Assembly: GCF_009914755.1 (NCBI RefSeq)
Contig: NC_060926.1
Length of the DNA stretch: 64,000 nucleotides
Source: the human T2T-CHM13v2.0 reference genome, Homo sapiens
Direction: 5' to 3' (one strand)
Each line of letters starts with the position of its first letter. Position 1 is the stretch's first letter. Made by a program: the position numbers and the translations under genes. Positions 58,902 to 64,000 of the stretch are shown here, one piece after another. The notes beneath the pieces are model-generated. The model worked only from the letters and a program-made list of their open reading frames with translations. It had not been told where the DNA came from and ran no database searches.

Positions 58902-59129
58902 TAAGAGCTAGAGATTTCCTCCTTGTGAGCTCACAACCAGGCATGAATGAAAATAAGGCTTAGGTGGAGTTCTGCCCATACAGATTTATTAGTAGGCTGT
59001 CACAGCACAGCCACACAACCTGCTTTATACGCCTGGTGAGGCTCCAGCTTTGTCCTTTTCAGGAGTCTGCTCTGACAGCAGCTTGCATTTGGTGTTTACC
59101 TGTAGCACATGAGACAGTGTTTCATAGAC

Positions 59130-60050
<921 letters not shown>

Positions 60051-60936
60051 CCAAAGGCAGAATTCAGGTTTTCCTGCCATTTTACATCAGGGACGTAACA
60101 ATTCCTGGGAATCAGCAGCTGGACCTGGGGCCATTTACTTATCAAACCTAGGGCACCATTCTTAACCTTGAGCCTTACATTTCTGAGGCTTATTACAATC
60201 TGGCCTGCTAGATTTTTATATTTGGGTCACACACAGGCAGAGTGTTTCTGACATTTCCAGTCAACTCCCTTACCTCAAATATCATCAATTTCACCACTGA
60301 AAATGTTCCAACAGCTGTAATACTAATTAACAAAGTCAGTAATTTAACCAATATGAAAGCCCATTTCTGACCCAAAGTATACTAGTTAACATAACCTGCT
60401 CTTGGTTGGTGATAAGGATAGCTAGCAGACTGGCTTGCAGTAGTGTCTCTTGAGTGTGGCTTTTTGATTAAAAGCTGGTTAACTACTCTTGGAGCCTGTC
60501 TTCCAGATTTAGACAATTCATTGCTTTTAGGCAGTTGGCTTACAGCCACTGGACATATCCCAGCTTATGTTGAAGTGTTTTGAAATAAAATTCAAATGAT
60601 ATAGTAGACTCTTGCCATCTTAACCGAGAGCATCGAGAGTTCAGTCATGTCTGTGGTTCTCACCCTTGTGCCTGGTATGCAGTGGATGTGTCACAGATAT
60701 TTGTTGAGTAAATAAAATGAATTAATGCATTTCCATGCTTTCATATATAACAATTTTAGTACAGTGTGAGAACAGCATGACAGATTGCACTGGAAGAAAG
60801 CAGAAATGTTACTCAAGTTACTTTGTTGTACTAGGAGCTTATTGTACTCATGATGCTATAAACATGTAGACTACAAACTGGAACTTGAAAGTGTTAACAT
60901 TTATTTTAATGATACCTTATTGAAAGGAGCATGGCT

Positions 60937-61692
60937 ACAAAAAAATCCCATCAAAAAGTGGGCGAAGGACATGAACAGACAATTTTGAAAAGAAGACATT
61001 TACATGGCCAACAAACATAAGAAAAAAAGCTCAACATCACTGATCATTTGAGAAATGCAAATCAGAACCACAATGAGATACCATCTCATGTCAGTCGGAA
61101 TGGCGGTTATTAAAAAGCCAAGAAACAGATGCTCGTGAGGCTGTGGAGGAACAGGACCTCTTTTACACTGTTCCTGGGAATGTAAATTAGTTGAACTATC
61201 ATGGAAGACAGTGTGGCGATTCCTCAAGGATCTAGAACCAGAAATACCATTTGACCTAGCAATCCCATTACGAGGTATATACCCAAAAGAACACAAATCT
61301 TTCTGTAAAGACGTGCACACGTATGTTTATTGTGGCACTATTCACAATAGTAAAGATGTGGAATCAACCCAAATGCCCATCAATGATAAACTAAAGGAAG
61401 TGTAGTACATATACACCATAGAATACTATGCAGCCACAAAAAGGAACAAGATCATGTCCTTTGCAGGGACATGGATGAAGTAATGAGAACACATGGAGAA
61501 GAACAACACATACCGGGGCCCGTCAGGGCACGGGGGGAGGGAGAGCATCAGGATAAGTAGCTAATGTATGTGGGGCTTAATACCTAGGTGATGGGTTGAT
61601 AGGTGCAGCAAACCACCATTGCCATGTTTACCTATGTAACAGACCTGCACATTTTGCACATGTATCCTGGAACTTAAGATACAATTTGGAAA
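60937..61692 (+). mobile_element. 5'-truncated L1PA (roughly PA10-11) ORF2 C-terminus plus 3'UTR, with 14-bp TSD
   Basis: TSD aaaggagcatggct at 60923-60936 and 61693-61706. ORF2 remnant WRFLKDLEPEIPFDLAIPLRGIYPKE. Internal deletion near 61480. Confidence 0.9.
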
Positions 61693-64000
61693 AAAGGAGC
61701 ATGGCTCCAGTTTGATATACTGTTTTCCTACCAGATTGTGAACATTTACATCCTCACAATGTCTTAGGCGTTGCACCAATGAATAAAGGCTGTCTGCCCT
61801 TTCCCAGTGGATCTTCGCAAACAAGGTATTTGAAATAAATAAAAGGAGGCTTATTAAGAGTGGTGTTAGGTGACTTTTGTGTTTTCTTCACTATCAGCAG
61901 GTGACACACTTTTTTGTCTTCTGTTTTTTTCTTCCCTAGAATTGCAGTCTGAATTTCCCTAGATCTCACTTGTCTTTGGATTAGGATGAGGTCCCAGTAG
62001 TAGTGACTCAAATCACACTGATCTTTTGCCACTACCTTTTCATACAAGGCCCCAGGCCCTTGTAAAAGTGTTCCTGAATGCTTCTGGAAGTACCCAGAGG
62101 GTGTCTGCTGGGACAGCTGGTGCACTTCTGTTTCCAGGTGCCTTGTCCTTCATCCATACCCTGTATCCCAGGAGTTGTGGGGGGCCTGGTGCTGCGTTTT
62201 GTCATTCCCTGGAGGAGAGCTGTCAGCAGTTTAGTTACTTAATCCCCTTCTGCCTCTCATGGGAGATATCCAAGGGATGGATGCCAGGCTGTGTTTGAAA
62301 TTGCCCTCCTCTTTGGCCAAGGTTTTCCAGCTTGGTCAGTTCATTTTCTGTCTCCTTCCCCCAAGGTGAATCTTCCCAAGAGGCTCTTACCCTGTAAGAT
62401 GGTGTCTTTGGGCGGTGCCTTCTGTCCCCCCAGCCGTGCCTCAACTCAGGCAAGAGACAAAAGCACAGGGAGCCAGCCCATGTTCCTGTTATAAAGACTC
62501 CCTTTATCCCACAGGCTTGGGTAGGCCAAGTCATCATCTTTTTTCAGTCCCTAATTGCATGTCACCTCATTCTCCTCCCTGACCAAGCACTCTTTTGTTG
62601 GGGGGGCAGGGGAAGAGGGGTCAAACTTTAGAAGCTCTGTCTGGATGTCTTGCTCCTTAAAATCCAAGACTTATCTGGTAGTTTACCACGGTTTGCCATT
62701 AGGAATTGGCTATTTAATGCAATTTGCCTTAGTGATAAAGGTTCCCCCTGCCCCCAAAATATTATCTTACTCATCTCTTTATTTTCCTCGTCTTGTGAAA
62801 TTTCCCACTGTGGAATGAAAACCTAGATCAGATAAAATTGGCAGGAACCTTTACTGTGAAAGTTCAGGATGCAAAAAAATCCCTAAAATGATTGATAACA
62901 TACAGTGTCACTTTTCACAGCCTCCAGATATCATGAAAAATGTAAGATCCACTTTAAATGCAATAAGTAGCCTCAGGTGTTCTGTGTCCCAAATATTGCT
63001 TTCATATAAATATATAATTATCTTTAACCGAAACACTCAGAAATGAAAGGTAATCCCTGCCCTTCTCCCTTTCACTGCCTCGAGATAAAGCTGGGTTTGG
63101 TTTATTTCTACCATCTCTTTTAAAAAATACTCCTTATGTGGCAGTTTCTAAGCAGCAAAATAGTCAGCTGTGTGATTAAAATGTCAAAAAGCAGGAAAAC
63201 TGGCCGCTGGGAAAGTCTATTTGGAGATTTATGTAAAGGCAGAATTCTGAATGGGGAGAGTGCTGTACCTTCTGGGCTGCAGAGTGGAGTAATTAAGGGA
63301 GGGTTCTGGCCACATCCTTCCAGACTGACACAGGCCCTGCTACACAGTTAAAGAAGCTGACAGGTGCTTGGGTTTTGTTTTGTTGTTTTTTTTTTCTTTT
63401 GCAAGCTGCATACTTGATATCTTTGGGTTTATGGCTGTGTAACTTACTTTTGGCACTTTGTTGTTTTTAATTTTAAGGGTCCTTTATAACTTTGAGATCC
63501 ACCTTCTCCTTTTTCACATAGTGGAGATTGTGAGGGGAGGGGCAGTGGCCTGGGGAAATTGGAATGAGGAGAAGGATCTAGAGTTCAGATGAAGTAGCTT
63601 TAATTTATGATGGAGGGTAATGCCCATTTATCTTAAATCTTGTAAACTGAACACGTTGGTGCTCCACTCACAGCCACTGCACTTCACTTGAACCTGACTG
63701 GAGTGGGTGGTAAACAGCGGTCTTCCCTAGAGACCCCGTTCGTGCTACCAAAGTGTCATCTGTGGTCCCAGCCCACACCTTGAACATCAGAATCTACATT
63801 TGAAGCCTGTGCACGTTACAGCTGGAAAAGCGGCGGCAGCAGGATACCAGTACCGGGGGCGGCGGGGGACTGGGAGCCCAGCCCTGGAGACATGCCAGCT
63901 CCTAGAGGAGCTGGTTGTCAGCTAATACCAGACGGTCTTTCCTTGTTCTCGTTGTTGTTGTTGTTGTTTATTTCATGTTTTTATCCACAGACAAGTCTTG

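Noticed and set aside
61000-61405. ORFs resembling a reverse-transcriptase protein C-terminus
   Set aside because: A fragment of a truncated, inactive L1PA ORF2.

Overview
This is human (or closely related great-ape) genomic DNA, almost entirely intronic, from the 5' part of TANC1 on the + strand. Two coding exons are present: the initiation exon (1981-2056, ATG at 1996, [21 protein letters not shown]) and the next, 198-nt exon (33710-33907). They are joined by a ~31.7 kb GT-AG intron, and the following intron runs off the window end. The rest is a typical primate repeat landscape: ~28 Alu/FLAM copies, MIRs, old and young L1 fragments, MaLR (MST/MLT1) and ERV1 (LTR10A, MER31) solo LTRs, and Tigger/MER30/MER58/MER5 DNA transposons. 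Nearly all ORFs in the supplied track are spurious or repeat-derived. The most notable non-exonic items are a ~2.75 kb 3'UTR-only processed retrocopy that splits a MIR, an intact AP-1-bearing LTR10A solo LTR ~670 bp upstream of the second exon, a 36-bp near-perfect direct repeat 1.6 kb apart, an inverted MST-LTR pair, an inverted Alu pair, a 16-mer minisatellite born inside an L1MC, a template-switch hairpin in an Alu B-box, and a strong CTCF motif. I see no evidence of a novel multi-gene system. Gene and repeat-family names come from recognition of consensus sequences from memory, not from a database search, and repeat boundaries are approximate unless TSDs are quoted.
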